A stretch of DNA of 20,000 nt from an uncultured Methanosarcinales archaeon (GTDB taxonomy: Archaea; Nanobdellota; Nanobdellia; Woesearchaeales; CAYMBN01): positions 46,347 through 66,346 of the forward strand of contig CAYMBN010000007.1 in assembly GCA_964388715.1 (NCBI GenBank). The letters run 5' to 3'. Made by a program: the position numbers and the translations under genes. Shown here piece after piece: positions 7,001 to 14,220 of the stretch; positions within the stretch are counted from its first letter, which is position 1; every line of letters starts with the position of its first letter. The notes beneath the pieces are model-generated. The model did not search any database. It had not been told where the DNA came from and saw only the letters and a list, made by a program, of their open reading frames with translations.

Positions 7001-9647
7001 AAAAGAAGCAATATGTTTAGATGGAAGCATGATCGCAGTTGAAATATGTAAAGATGGTCAGTGGATTGCACAAGAAATTGAATGTCCTATTGTAGAATGT
7101 ATTGATGGAGAAACACAAACAACTGATTGTCCTGATGATTCTGTAATAATAACAGCAGAATGTGTTGAAAATACATGGATCTTAACTGAAAATGAATGTG
7201 GCCAAGAATGCCATGAAGAAGAAATAATTGAAAAAACATGTAAAGATGAGCTGTCAATCATAGTTGCAACCTGTGTAGACAATCAATGGGTTGAAACCAA
7301 TAATAAATGTTTAGATGATTATGGTGTTGTATGTGAAGATGAAGAAACAAGACAAAAAGAATGTCCTGATGATTCTATCATTGAAGTTGAAAAATGTGAA
7401 AATAACGCATGGGTTCGTTTAGATACTCAATGTCCTGAAGTTGGAGTTGTATGTGAAGAAGGAGAAAAACAAGAAGAACAATGTCCAGACGGTTCTACTA
7501 TTCTTACTGCAACATGTTCTAATAATGAATGGCACTATACACTAGTTGCCTGTCCAATTGAAGAAGAAACAGAATGTAAACTTGTTTCAGACTGTGGCCA
7601 AGATGAAGTTTGTTCAAATGGTGAATGTGTATATATTGAACCTGTTGAAGAAGAGGAAGAAGAAATAATTCCTTTACCTCCAGGAATAGAAGAAGAGGAG
7701 GAAGAGGAAGAACCTGAACAAGAACAACAACCAGAACCAGAAATTGAGGAAGAAGAAGAGATTATTGAAGAACCTCAACCTGAAGTTGAGGAAAGTGAAC
7801 CAGAAGAACAAGAAGTAGAGGAAGAGGAAACTCAAGAGCAAGAACCAGAACCGCAAGAAGAAGAGGAGCCAGAACCTGTTGTTGAGGAAGAACCTGAACC
7901 AACTCCAGAGCCTGAACCAGAACAACAAAATACAGAACCTGAAATAACTGGTAATGCTATAACAGCTTACGTTGTTGCAACTGGCATGGCTACTGCTAAT
8001 AAAGAATGTCGTGATGATAATCATTGTGATCAAAATCAATTCTGTTGGAGAGAATCTACTTGGGGTCATGAAGACCATCAAGGTATTTGCGCACCAGAAG
8101 GATGTTCAAGTGATGAAGATTGTCCTGATCCTAAAACACAACATTGTTGGGATAATGGATGTCATTGTAATAGATATGATAAACATTTTGACTGTGATAA
8201 AGACTATTCTAATGGATGTGAATCAACTGATGTAACTTGTGGCGGAACAGTTGATGCATGCGCTGTTCAAGAATGTGACAAACCAAACCAATGGTGTAAT
8301 CCTGAAAGAGGAGATTGTGAATGTAAAGAAGGATTTTATGAATGTAATGGTGATTGGGAAGACGGTTGCGAAAGCACTTCTGAATGTGACGGTTGTAAAA
8401 GTAGTGATGAATGTGCCAAACCAAGATGTGCTGAACATGATAACATACTTTACGAATTCGCATGTGTAAAAAGCGAACCATGGGTTGAAGAAAGGGGAAT
8501 GTTCATGTTCACAGGAGGATGTGAAGAAAGTTCAACAGAAACATGGCCACATGTGCATTTTAACTTCTGGGGAGAACCATTTGACCAATTAAGACCAAAA
8601 TACGAACAAAAAAGACATCAAAATGAACAAGATTGGTGTGAAAGAGAATTTGAACTTTTCAAAAAACAAAGAAAAGAAATTGAAAAATCTATTAATGAAG
8701 AATTTATGAATTGGTTCTTTAATATTTATGTTAGAAAAGATTCTGAAAAATGGACAAGTCATATAGGAGGAATCTTTGATACTTATTGGATGATTGTTGA
8801 CAATACAAGAGAAGTGGTAAGAACATTACAATGTATGGGTGAAGATGAATGGCCAAAAGAATTTGAACCAATTAATATCGAATTTGAAAGTGACTTTGGA
8901 TATGTTAAACTATGGGAAGAAGAAAAACATATCAAAGAATTTGATAAAATTGATACAATACTTTCACCATACATGCAAATTTGGATCTTCCCTCCTAAAG
9001 ATTTATTTAGATTTGAAATAGAAAAAGCTTACAAATTAAAGAAATTCCCAGGACCACCTGATGAAGAAGGTCCAGGCCCAACTCCAGAAGAAATTGAAGA
9101 AATAAGAAACAACCCAGTAATAAGAGAAGAATTTAGAAAAATACTAGATGAATTTGATGGAAGCATTAAGGTATTGCTTCAAATAGAAGATAACGATGAA
9201 ATAATTTACAAAGCTTTAGCTACTCTTGATGATGAAGTAATCTTTGATTTAAAAGTAGGAGAAGACATAACTCTTACAGAAGATGAAACAGATATTACCA
9301 TGACAATTGACTTAGAATGGTTATATGAAATGGTTAGTACAAGTGAAAAAGACATGAGAGGAGAAGAACTTGAAAGCCCACCATGGGACAGAAAACCAAG
9401 AATGGGTGCATTCAAGCAAATGGCAGGTAACATTAAGATGGGCTCAAAATTTGTTGGTGGATTAACAACAGGCAAAGTCAAAGTCAAACCAATGGGAAAA
9501 GCATTCAAATTAATGGGTTTCTTTAGAGATATGGATGAATTAAGGCCAGAAGATGAAAGAGATAGAAGAGGGGAAGGTGGAGAAGAAGAAAGAGGAGGAA
9601 AAAGGGACGAGCAAGATAAAGGAGAAGAAAAGGAAAGAAAAAGATAG
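4068..9647 (+). CDS. Giant secreted Cys-rich multi-repeat surface protein (1859 aa)
   Basis: Signal peptide MKRWVFFLIFVLILATVSA with a GAGGG SD and TTTATATA upstream. It has DxDGDxxVDCxD Ca-binding-like motifs twice, many disulfide-type repeats, a Glu/Pro linker, an ITGNAI motif and globular N- and C-terminal regions. Confidence 0.9.
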   Translation: MKRWVFFLIFVLILATVSATDSVDDVVNTITKHAEDYEAGKISLAQLSVYKNSVRSDFFEVLGVNEEEFRWGNETQQQIVEKAIQRFFGEPFEKTNWAWNINEDREEKLDESVPAWRKIIFDGKKVQITFNAWPEILYKKGKKQIFYWPGFEVRFKQQFDFDIDKLISSIKETATIYSTQGQKSDLLIDQIISTENLLNNYLQQNRFNCISAMETIFDKTEKAQKESLTKWRVYPYSGEDFDLWLELNTCNSCEWPWINFWIEVESHRMFRGKQDMDMEKIDKEELKHLSIDELYEKQEKLIDELVKEAEKLDRTGHSRLFEILPRNRHMIETISWAMDEIFYDRKEPEERQIIYEERIERLEEMFSEYGKIEKTPVTNNRYEKRLVENLEENQHSWCQHVNDIPCGADEGCVNGECIYAKGGEEDCRNNMDDDGDNVVDCNDPDCFEHKDCGKMCEPICNKPGGCWQTNDKLCRPVCEDCWGCYESGKSNEECDAICQEKCWPCSDSDEIKQACNDCWNCEDEAYGGCRKVCEPCNECSKKDGEDCSGECKECSLCNYENGDFQCNENQVFSEEEAYCMCEEGFYDCDENWNNGCESDFHCGVKRGKCKPECNVYYDCMDDCKDAIKESCDKHCEGVTEFDSCHDICMDTTEEKTDCRGICFKGASQHCQVCKKAKPRKQTQLEKCIKLCSGDVECKKACELEDRNRCLVGCGDDEDCKVACIGKEGVYFCDGKKQRVPCEDEYTYICNGVKSYKPCKLNYYVCNGKRQDTPCEGITECEMYQYYNEDEKSCRCIPGHYDCDGDGDCDYTQKCKGDMEVCDDNKDNDGDFMVDCNDMLDCSDGTACGDNKYCNNGECIEGQFCMLYCGTCSELDYQGCQCKVIENCCGNGICEEDETCPEDCEFQCMSDSDCEQPKCGYSECIESECLTVVQECKICEDGETKTEQCGKDIIVTEKCEKNQWTKTGEECITCSDGEAKEAICLDGSMIAVEICKDGQWIAQEIECPIVECIDGETQTTDCPDDSVIITAECVENTWILTENECGQECHEEEIIEKTCKDELSIIVATCVDNQWVETNNKCLDDYGVVCEDEETRQKECPDDSIIEVEKCENNAWVRLDTQCPEVGVVCEEGEKQEEQCPDGSTILTATCSNNEWHYTLVACPIEEETECKLVSDCGQDEVCSNGECVYIEPVEEEEEEIIPLPPGIEEEEEEEEPEQEQQPEPEIEEEEEIIEEPQPEVEESEPEEQEVEEEETQEQEPEPQEEEEPEPVVEEEPEPTPEPEPEQQNTEPEITGNAITAYVVATGMATANKECRDDNHCDQNQFCWRESTWGHEDHQGICAPEGCSSDEDCPDPKTQHCWDNGCHCNRYDKHFDCDKDYSNGCESTDVTCGGTVDACAVQECDKPNQWCNPERGDCECKEGFYECNGDWEDGCESTSECDGCKSSDECAKPRCAEHDNILYEFACVKSEPWVEERGMFMFTGGCEESSTETWPHVHFNFWGEPFDQLRPKYEQKRHQNEQDWCEREFELFKKQRKEIEKSINEEFMNWFFNIYVRKDSEKWTSHIGGIFDTYWMIVDNTREVVRTLQCMGEDEWPKEFEPINIEFESDFGYVKLWEEEKHIKEFDKIDTILSPYMQIWIFPPKDLFRFEIEKAYKLKKFPGPPDEEGPGPTPEEIEEIRNNPVIREEFRKILDEFDGSIKVLLQIEDNDEIIYKALATLDDEVIFDLKVGEDITLTEDETDITMTIDLEWLYEMVSTSEKDMRGEELESPPWDRKPRMGAFKQMAGNIKMGSKFVGGLTTGKVKVKPMGKAFKLMGFFRDMDELRPEDERDRRGEGGEEERGGKRDEQDKGEEKERKR
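6879..7556 (+). repeat. Six tandem ~35-40 aa four-Cys repeats within the giant protein
   Basis: Consensus C-x-(D/E)(G/E)E-x5-C-(P)D(G/D)S-x-I-x4-C-x2-N-x-W-x6-C, from CEDGETKTEQC to HYTLVACP. Confidence 0.85.
7638..7943 (+). repeat. Glu/Pro/Gln low-complexity linker (coding)
   Basis: EEEEEEEEPEQEQQPEPEIEEEEE...PEPTPEPEPE, encoded by GAA/GAG/CCA-rich DNA. Confidence 0.85.
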
Positions 9648-9675
9648 GTTTATATATTACTTCTTGATTTTTTAA

Positions 9676-9900
9676 GTGAAAATGCATGTAAAAGAACAAA
9701 AACCTATGGTAATTAAAGCAATCGAAGATACCCTTGATAATGTTGAAAATTTAATTGATCCACTAGCTGAAGGATATATAGCTCTAATAAAAAAATTTGA
9801 TGAATTAGCCTATAAAAGTTGTAAAATTCAACCATACCTTGCAAATAATGAATTAATTCTTTTTGCTACTTGTGCTTGTTCTCACTATTTAACCTTATGA
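9676..9900 (+). CDS. Hypothetical small protein (start GTG 9676 or ATG 9682)
   Basis: The ORF fills the gap, and TTTATAT at 9649 is at leaderless-type distance. No recognisable domain. Confidence 0.5.
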   Translation: MKMHVKEQKPMVIKAIEDTLDNVENLIDPLAEGYIALIKKFDELAYKSCKIQPYLANNELILFATCACSHYLTL

Positions 9901-9989
9901 CTTTTTTGTCGCACTTTTAACCACTTCCTCCCAGATTTCTTTAAATAAAATAAAGTCTTTATAGACCATAGTAGATTTAAATGTCACAA
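9896..9989 (+). promoter_or_regulatory. Promoter flanked by two putative palindromic operators (copy 2)
   Basis: TATGACT-TTTT-TGTCGCA at 9896-9913, TTTAAATA at 9940, GTCTT at 9955 and GTAGATT-TAAA-TGTCACA at 9971-9988. Confidence 0.7.
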
Positions 9990-9999
9990 GTTGATAAAA

Positions 10000-10221
10000 A
10001 TGGGCACACAAGAACAAATAGCAAATGATGTAATGTATAGAAGTATGAATTATATAAAAGAACCACATCCTTCATATTCAATGCAAGGCCCACAAGCAAT
10101 TTACAAGGAACAAAAAGGATATGATCCAGTTAAAAAAGCAACAGATAAAACTAACATGGCTGCCCAATACATAGCTGAACAGTTTTTCAAGTCACCTGGG
10201 GCAAAATATTTAAAACATTAA
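10000..10221 (+). CDS. Hypothetical 73-aa protein (MGTQEQIAND...)
   Basis: ATG at 10000 is preferred over TTG 9991. Codon usage is like the neighbours, and it ends 15 nt before the next gene. Confidence 0.65.
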   Translation: MGTQEQIANDVMYRSMNYIKEPHPSYSMQGPQAIYKEQKGYDPVKKATDKTNMAAQYIAEQFFKSPGAKYLKH

Positions 10222-10236
10222 CTAATTCTTTACATT

Positions 10237-11079
10237 ATGATACAAGAACTTAAACAAATATTCCAATCATTAACAAAATCACTTGAAATTCTTTATTTAA
10301 TAGAAGATGTAAAACCCTGTGCAAGAATCATGGTTCATGAAGATAAACTCGAGCAAATTAAACAATTTCTTCAAACTAAAGGATTATACTTTACTTTATC
10401 TGATTTTAAAGTTATCAAAGAAGAAAATGCAAGATATTCTAACAAAGGTAAAAGAGTTCCAGTAGAATCAGAAGAAAAAGGATATTATTTTATGTACATT
10501 TCAAAAGAACAAAGCAAAACAGAACAAGCAAAACAACTTGAAGCACAAAAAAAACACAAAGAACTAGGTATTTTACTTGGTTATCCAGAATGTTGCTCAG
10601 AATTCTTCCAAAAACATAGTCAAAACCAAGAAAAAACAACCAATGATTACATTTTACCAGCTTACAACAACAGTCAAGGTTATAAATTTCCATTCCACAA
10701 TAACATAATAGCAAGATACTTTGATTATACTCTTCTTAATCACTTCCCTTGCAATTTCAACTGTAACAAATCAATTGAACTTGCAAAAAAACATCTTGAA
10801 ATAATTCAAAAACATAATCCACAACTTGTAAATGAAATACAAAAAATTCTAAAATCAGTTGCACTTTTCACAGAATACTCAGGAAAATACCTTTTCTTAA
10901 ACCCAGAATTCACAAAAAACGTAATTCTATTTAAAAATATTTTAGCAACAGCAAAAGGTAGAGTCTTTTATGATTTAGAAGAACAAAAAGAGTTTGAGAT
11001 CATTGGAGAACACCATATTAAGATTGGCTTTGACAAGAATCTAACATGTGAAGATTTATGTGTTTTTGTGTTTGAGTAA
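10237..11079 (+). CDS. DUF483-like archaeal protein
   Basis: LGILLGYPECCSEFF motif plus HFPCNFNC; recognised from memory of the family, not by a search. Confidence 0.65.
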   Translation: MIQELKQIFQSLTKSLEILYLIEDVKPCARIMVHEDKLEQIKQFLQTKGLYFTLSDFKVIKEENARYSNKGKRVPVESEEKGYYFMYISKEQSKTEQAKQLEAQKKHKELGILLGYPECCSEFFQKHSQNQEKTTNDYILPAYNNSQGYKFPFHNNIIARYFDYTLLNHFPCNFNCNKSIELAKKHLEIIQKHNPQLVNEIQKILKSVALFTEYSGKYLFLNPEFTKNVILFKNILATAKGRVFYDLEEQKEFEIIGEHHIKIGFDKNLTCEDLCVFVFE

Positions 11080-11085
11080 AATTGT

Positions 11086-12759
11086 TTAATCCTTCTTATC
11101 TCTATAACTTGTATGTAACAATTCCTTTGACATTTTTCCCAAAGGTTTTCCCAAGAATTCATCATATAATTGTATTATTGCAGGATTCTTATGAGACCTT
11201 CTTATTTTCATTATTTTATCTTGCTTATATATTGCTTGCCTTCTCTTTTTAATAATTTCATTAGTTGTTGGCCTTGGTTGACCTCCTCCTCCAATACAAC
11301 CTCCAGGACAAGCCATTATCTCAATAAAATGATATTTACTTTTACCTTGTTTTAACTCTTCCAAAACATAGCGTGCATTCCTTAAACCATTTACAACAGC
11401 AACATTCAACTTAAGACCATCAATTTTAATAGTTGCTTCTTTTATACCAGTACTATTACGCACTTCATTAAAATCAATCTTATCATATTCTTTACCAGTT
11501 ATCACATAATAAGCTGTTCTTAATGCAGCCTCCATCACCCCACCTGTTGTACCAAATATTGCAGCACCACCAGAACTCATACCAAGTGGTTGATCAAATT
11601 CCTCCTCATCACATTTAGACAAATCAATCCCTTGCTGTTTCATTAACCTAGATGTTTCCCTTGTTGTTAAAACATAGTCAACATCACCTTTTAACTCCTT
11701 TCTATTTGCTTCATACTTCTTAGCAGTACAAGGCATAATACTCACGACAACAATATTTTTAGGATCAATACTTTGCTTTTCAGCATAATAAGTTTTAACA
11801 ATCGCACCAAACATCTGATGAGGTGACTTACAACTAGAAAGATGTTTCAACAATTCAGGATAAAACTTTTCAATAAAATTAATCCAACCAGGAGAACATG
11901 AAGTTATCATTGGAAGAATATCTTTTTTCTTAATCCTTTCAACTAATTCATTAGCCTCTTCTATTATTGTTAAGTCAGCACCAAAATCAGTATCAAACAC
12001 CATATCAAAACCAAGTTTTCTTAGAGCAGTAACCATTTTTTTTGTAACCAAACTTCCTGGCTCCATCTCAAACTCTTCACCAATTGATGCTCTTACAGCA
12101 GGCGCTGTCTGCACAACAACATGTTTTGTTTTATCCTTAAGCACTTTTTTAACATCCTCAATATTATTAGTTTCACTTATTGCATTAGTTGGACACACTA
12201 AACTACACTGACCACAACTAACACAAACAGTATCAGATATTTTATGATCAAAGTAAGTACCAACTTCTAATGCATTACCTCGTCCTTGAAAACAAATTGC
12301 ATTAACACCTTGCACATCCCTACACTTTGCAACACACTTACCACATAAAATACATTTTGAAGGATCTCTTGTAATTGCATATGCAGAATCATCAACCTTT
12401 TTAGGTGGCTCAGGTTGAAACCTTAACTCTTTAAGATCATGCATATCCCTAAGTTGATGTAGTCGATTAAATTCACACTCTCTTTGATAATTTGAAGCCA
12501 ATAATTCAAGATTCAATCTTCGAGCTTTCATAACCTTGTCAGTGTTTGTTTTTATTATCATTCTTTCTGCAACTTTATTATCACAAGAAGTCATCAATTT
12601 TCCATTAACTTCAACAAGGCAAACTCTACACCTTCCTTTTACCTCAAGATCAGGATGAAAACATAATGTAGGTATCTCAATTCCAATCCTCCTAACAGCT
12701 TCCCAAATACTTATTCCTTTCTCAACCTTAACCTTTTTTCCATCAATTATTACTTGCAT
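11086..12759 (-). CDS. hydA: [FeFe]-hydrogenase catalytic subunit (group A, trimeric type)
   Basis: H-cluster motifs ITSCSPGW, MPCTAKKYEA and EIMACPGGCIGGGGQP. N-terminal [2Fe-2S] (LC...CRVC...SC), two [4Fe-4S] (CILCGKCVAKC; CVSCGQCSLVCP) and a fused small-subunit tail (SHKNP...LLHTSY). Confidence 0.97.
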   Translation of the reverse strand: MQVIIDGKKVKVEKGISIWEAVRRIGIEIPTLCFHPDLEVKGRCRVCLVEVNGKLMTSCDNKVAERMIIKTNTDKVMKARRLNLELLASNYQRECEFNRLHQLRDMHDLKELRFQPEPPKKVDDSAYAITRDPSKCILCGKCVAKCRDVQGVNAICFQGRGNALEVGTYFDHKISDTVCVSCGQCSLVCPTNAISETNNIEDVKKVLKDKTKHVVVQTAPAVRASIGEEFEMEPGSLVTKKMVTALRKLGFDMVFDTDFGADLTIIEEANELVERIKKKDILPMITSCSPGWINFIEKFYPELLKHLSSCKSPHQMFGAIVKTYYAEKQSIDPKNIVVVSIMPCTAKKYEANRKELKGDVDYVLTTRETSRLMKQQGIDLSKCDEEEFDQPLGMSSGGAAIFGTTGGVMEAALRTAYYVITGKEYDKIDFNEVRNSTGIKEATIKIDGLKLNVAVVNGLRNARYVLEELKQGKSKYHFIEIMACPGGCIGGGGQPRPTTNEIIKKRRQAIYKQDKIMKIRRSHKNPAIIQLYDEFLGKPLGKMSKELLHTSYRDKKD

Positions 12760-13826
12760 TTTTTCTCAAACTCTTTTCTAAAATACTTAAGCGCTGTTTT
12801 AAGATGTGTTGTTGAACATTGACCCAATGCACAAAATGAAGTTTCTGGAATATGTTCAGCAAGCTCTTCAATCAAATCAAGCTCATTCTTAGTACATTTC
12901 TTTTTTTGAAACAATTGTAATAACCTATAATTACCTTCTCTACAAGGAGTACAATTTCCACAATTTTCTTCAACAAAAAATTTAGTAATATTACTACACA
13001 AATCAGGCACAGACCTTTCCATTCCTACAATAATCAAAGTACCAGAACCAAACATTGCCCCTTTTCCACTTACTTTCTCAACAGACAATTCCAATGATTC
13101 GTCATAAGGCAAACAACCACCAGCTGCTCCAAAAAACACAGCTTTTGGATCAATTGGTTTAGCCTCCAACATCAATTTGTTTAATTGAATCCCTCTTTCT
13201 GCTTCATACACTCCAGGATTTTCAACATCACCTGAAATAGAAAATAACATTAACTGATTATTCCAATCATCTCTAAAAACTAAAGCAACTCTAGCAAGTG
13301 TTTCAACATTATTTATACAAGTTGGCCTTCCAAATAAACCAATCTGAGCAGGGTAAGGAGGTTTCCTTCTTGTCTCACCCCTTCTTCCCTCAATACTATT
13401 CATTATAGCTGTTTCCTCTCCACACAAATAAGAACCAGCACCAACAACAATTTTAATATCAACACCAGACTGAGCTTTCTTCAAAACTTTTTCAAGTATT
13501 TTCTTAAGATAAACATACTCTCTTCTAAGATAAATATAACATTCTTTACATTGTAAAGCATAACATGCAATATCAATTCCCTCTACTAAAAGTTCAGGAT
13601 TATTCTCGACAATAAATTTGTCCTTAAATGTACCTGGTTCACCCTCATCAAAATTAACAATAAGATATTCAGCTTTTCCAGTTAATTGCCATTTTTTACC
13701 TGTTGGAAAATTAGCACCACCTAATCCAATAAGACCTGAATCAACAACTTTCTGAATAACTTGTTCTGGTTTAAACTTTCTTACTTTTTTCCAACTCTCA
13801 TAATTATTTTTACTTAAAATCTTCAT
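12750..13826 (-). CDS. hydB: NuoF/HydB-like FMN/NADH-binding diaphorase subunit (short, 358 aa)
   Basis: GLGGANFPTGKKW, NFDEGEPGTFKD, GAGSYLCGEETA, PTCINNVET, an SLBB region, and a CGNCTPCREG...SFCALG [4Fe-4S] site. Confidence 0.93.
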   Translation of the reverse strand: MKILSKNNYESWKKVRKFKPEQVIQKVVDSGLIGLGGANFPTGKKWQLTGKAEYLIVNFDEGEPGTFKDKFIVENNPELLVEGIDIACYALQCKECYIYLRREYVYLKKILEKVLKKAQSGVDIKIVVGAGSYLCGEETAIMNSIEGRRGETRRKPPYPAQIGLFGRPTCINNVETLARVALVFRDDWNNQLMLFSISGDVENPGVYEAERGIQLNKLMLEAKPIDPKAVFFGAAGGCLPYDESLELSVEKVSGKGAMFGSGTLIIVGMERSVPDLCSNITKFFVEENCGNCTPCREGNYRLLQLFQKKKCTKNELDLIEELAEHIPETSFCALGQCSTTHLKTALKYFRKEFEKKCK

Positions 13827-14220
13827 TTTTCAATATTTTTTTTATTTTTTCTTCATTTAATTCAGTAAAAACCTTATCATTTATCATCATTGCAGGTGCT
13901 TTATCACAACAACCAATACAAGAAGCAATATCAACTGAAAACTTAGCATTACTTTCACCAGGTTTTAAACCAGTCAACTTTTCAATTATGTCCAAAATAT
14001 TGTCAGAACCTTTCATATGACAAACAGGACTTTCACAAACCTTAATATGAAACTTTCCTCTTTTTTCTAAATCAAAAAAAGAATAAAAAGAAGCTGCTTC
14101 ATACAATTCTCCTACTGAAACTTTAAATTTGTCAGCAACTTTTTTTAAAGATTTCTCTGACAAAAAACTTTCTTTATCTTGTATCTTTCTAAGTTCATTA
14201 AGTATTAATTTATTAACCAT
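13810..14220 (-). CDS. hydC: NuoE/HydC-like [2Fe-2S] thioredoxin-fold subunit
   Basis: ASFYSFF, VCESPVCHMKGS and SCIGCCDKAPAMMIN. Confidence 0.93.
   Translation of the reverse strand: MVNKLILNELRKIQDKESFLSEKSLKKVADKFKVSVGELYEAASFYSFFDLEKRGKFHIKVCESPVCHMKGSDNILDIIEKLTGLKPGESNAKFSVDIASCIGCCDKAPAMMINDKVFTELNEEKIKKILKNEDFK

Noticed and set aside
7638..7943. GAAGAG/CCAGAA-rich repeats as a possible CRISPR array or satellite
   Set aside because: There is no constant repeat-spacer structure, and the pattern is fully explained by the Glu/Pro coding linker.
4214..9508. Many 60-135 aa alternative-frame and antisense ORFs inside the giant gene, including His-rich ones
   Set aside because: They are by-products of TGT/GAT/GAA codon bias, and I saw no SD, promoter or domain support for them.
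11884..11907. TSCSPGW instead of TSCCPGW in the HydA L1 motif
   Set aside because: This is a known variant in many multimeric group A enzymes, so it is not evidence of inactivity or novelty.
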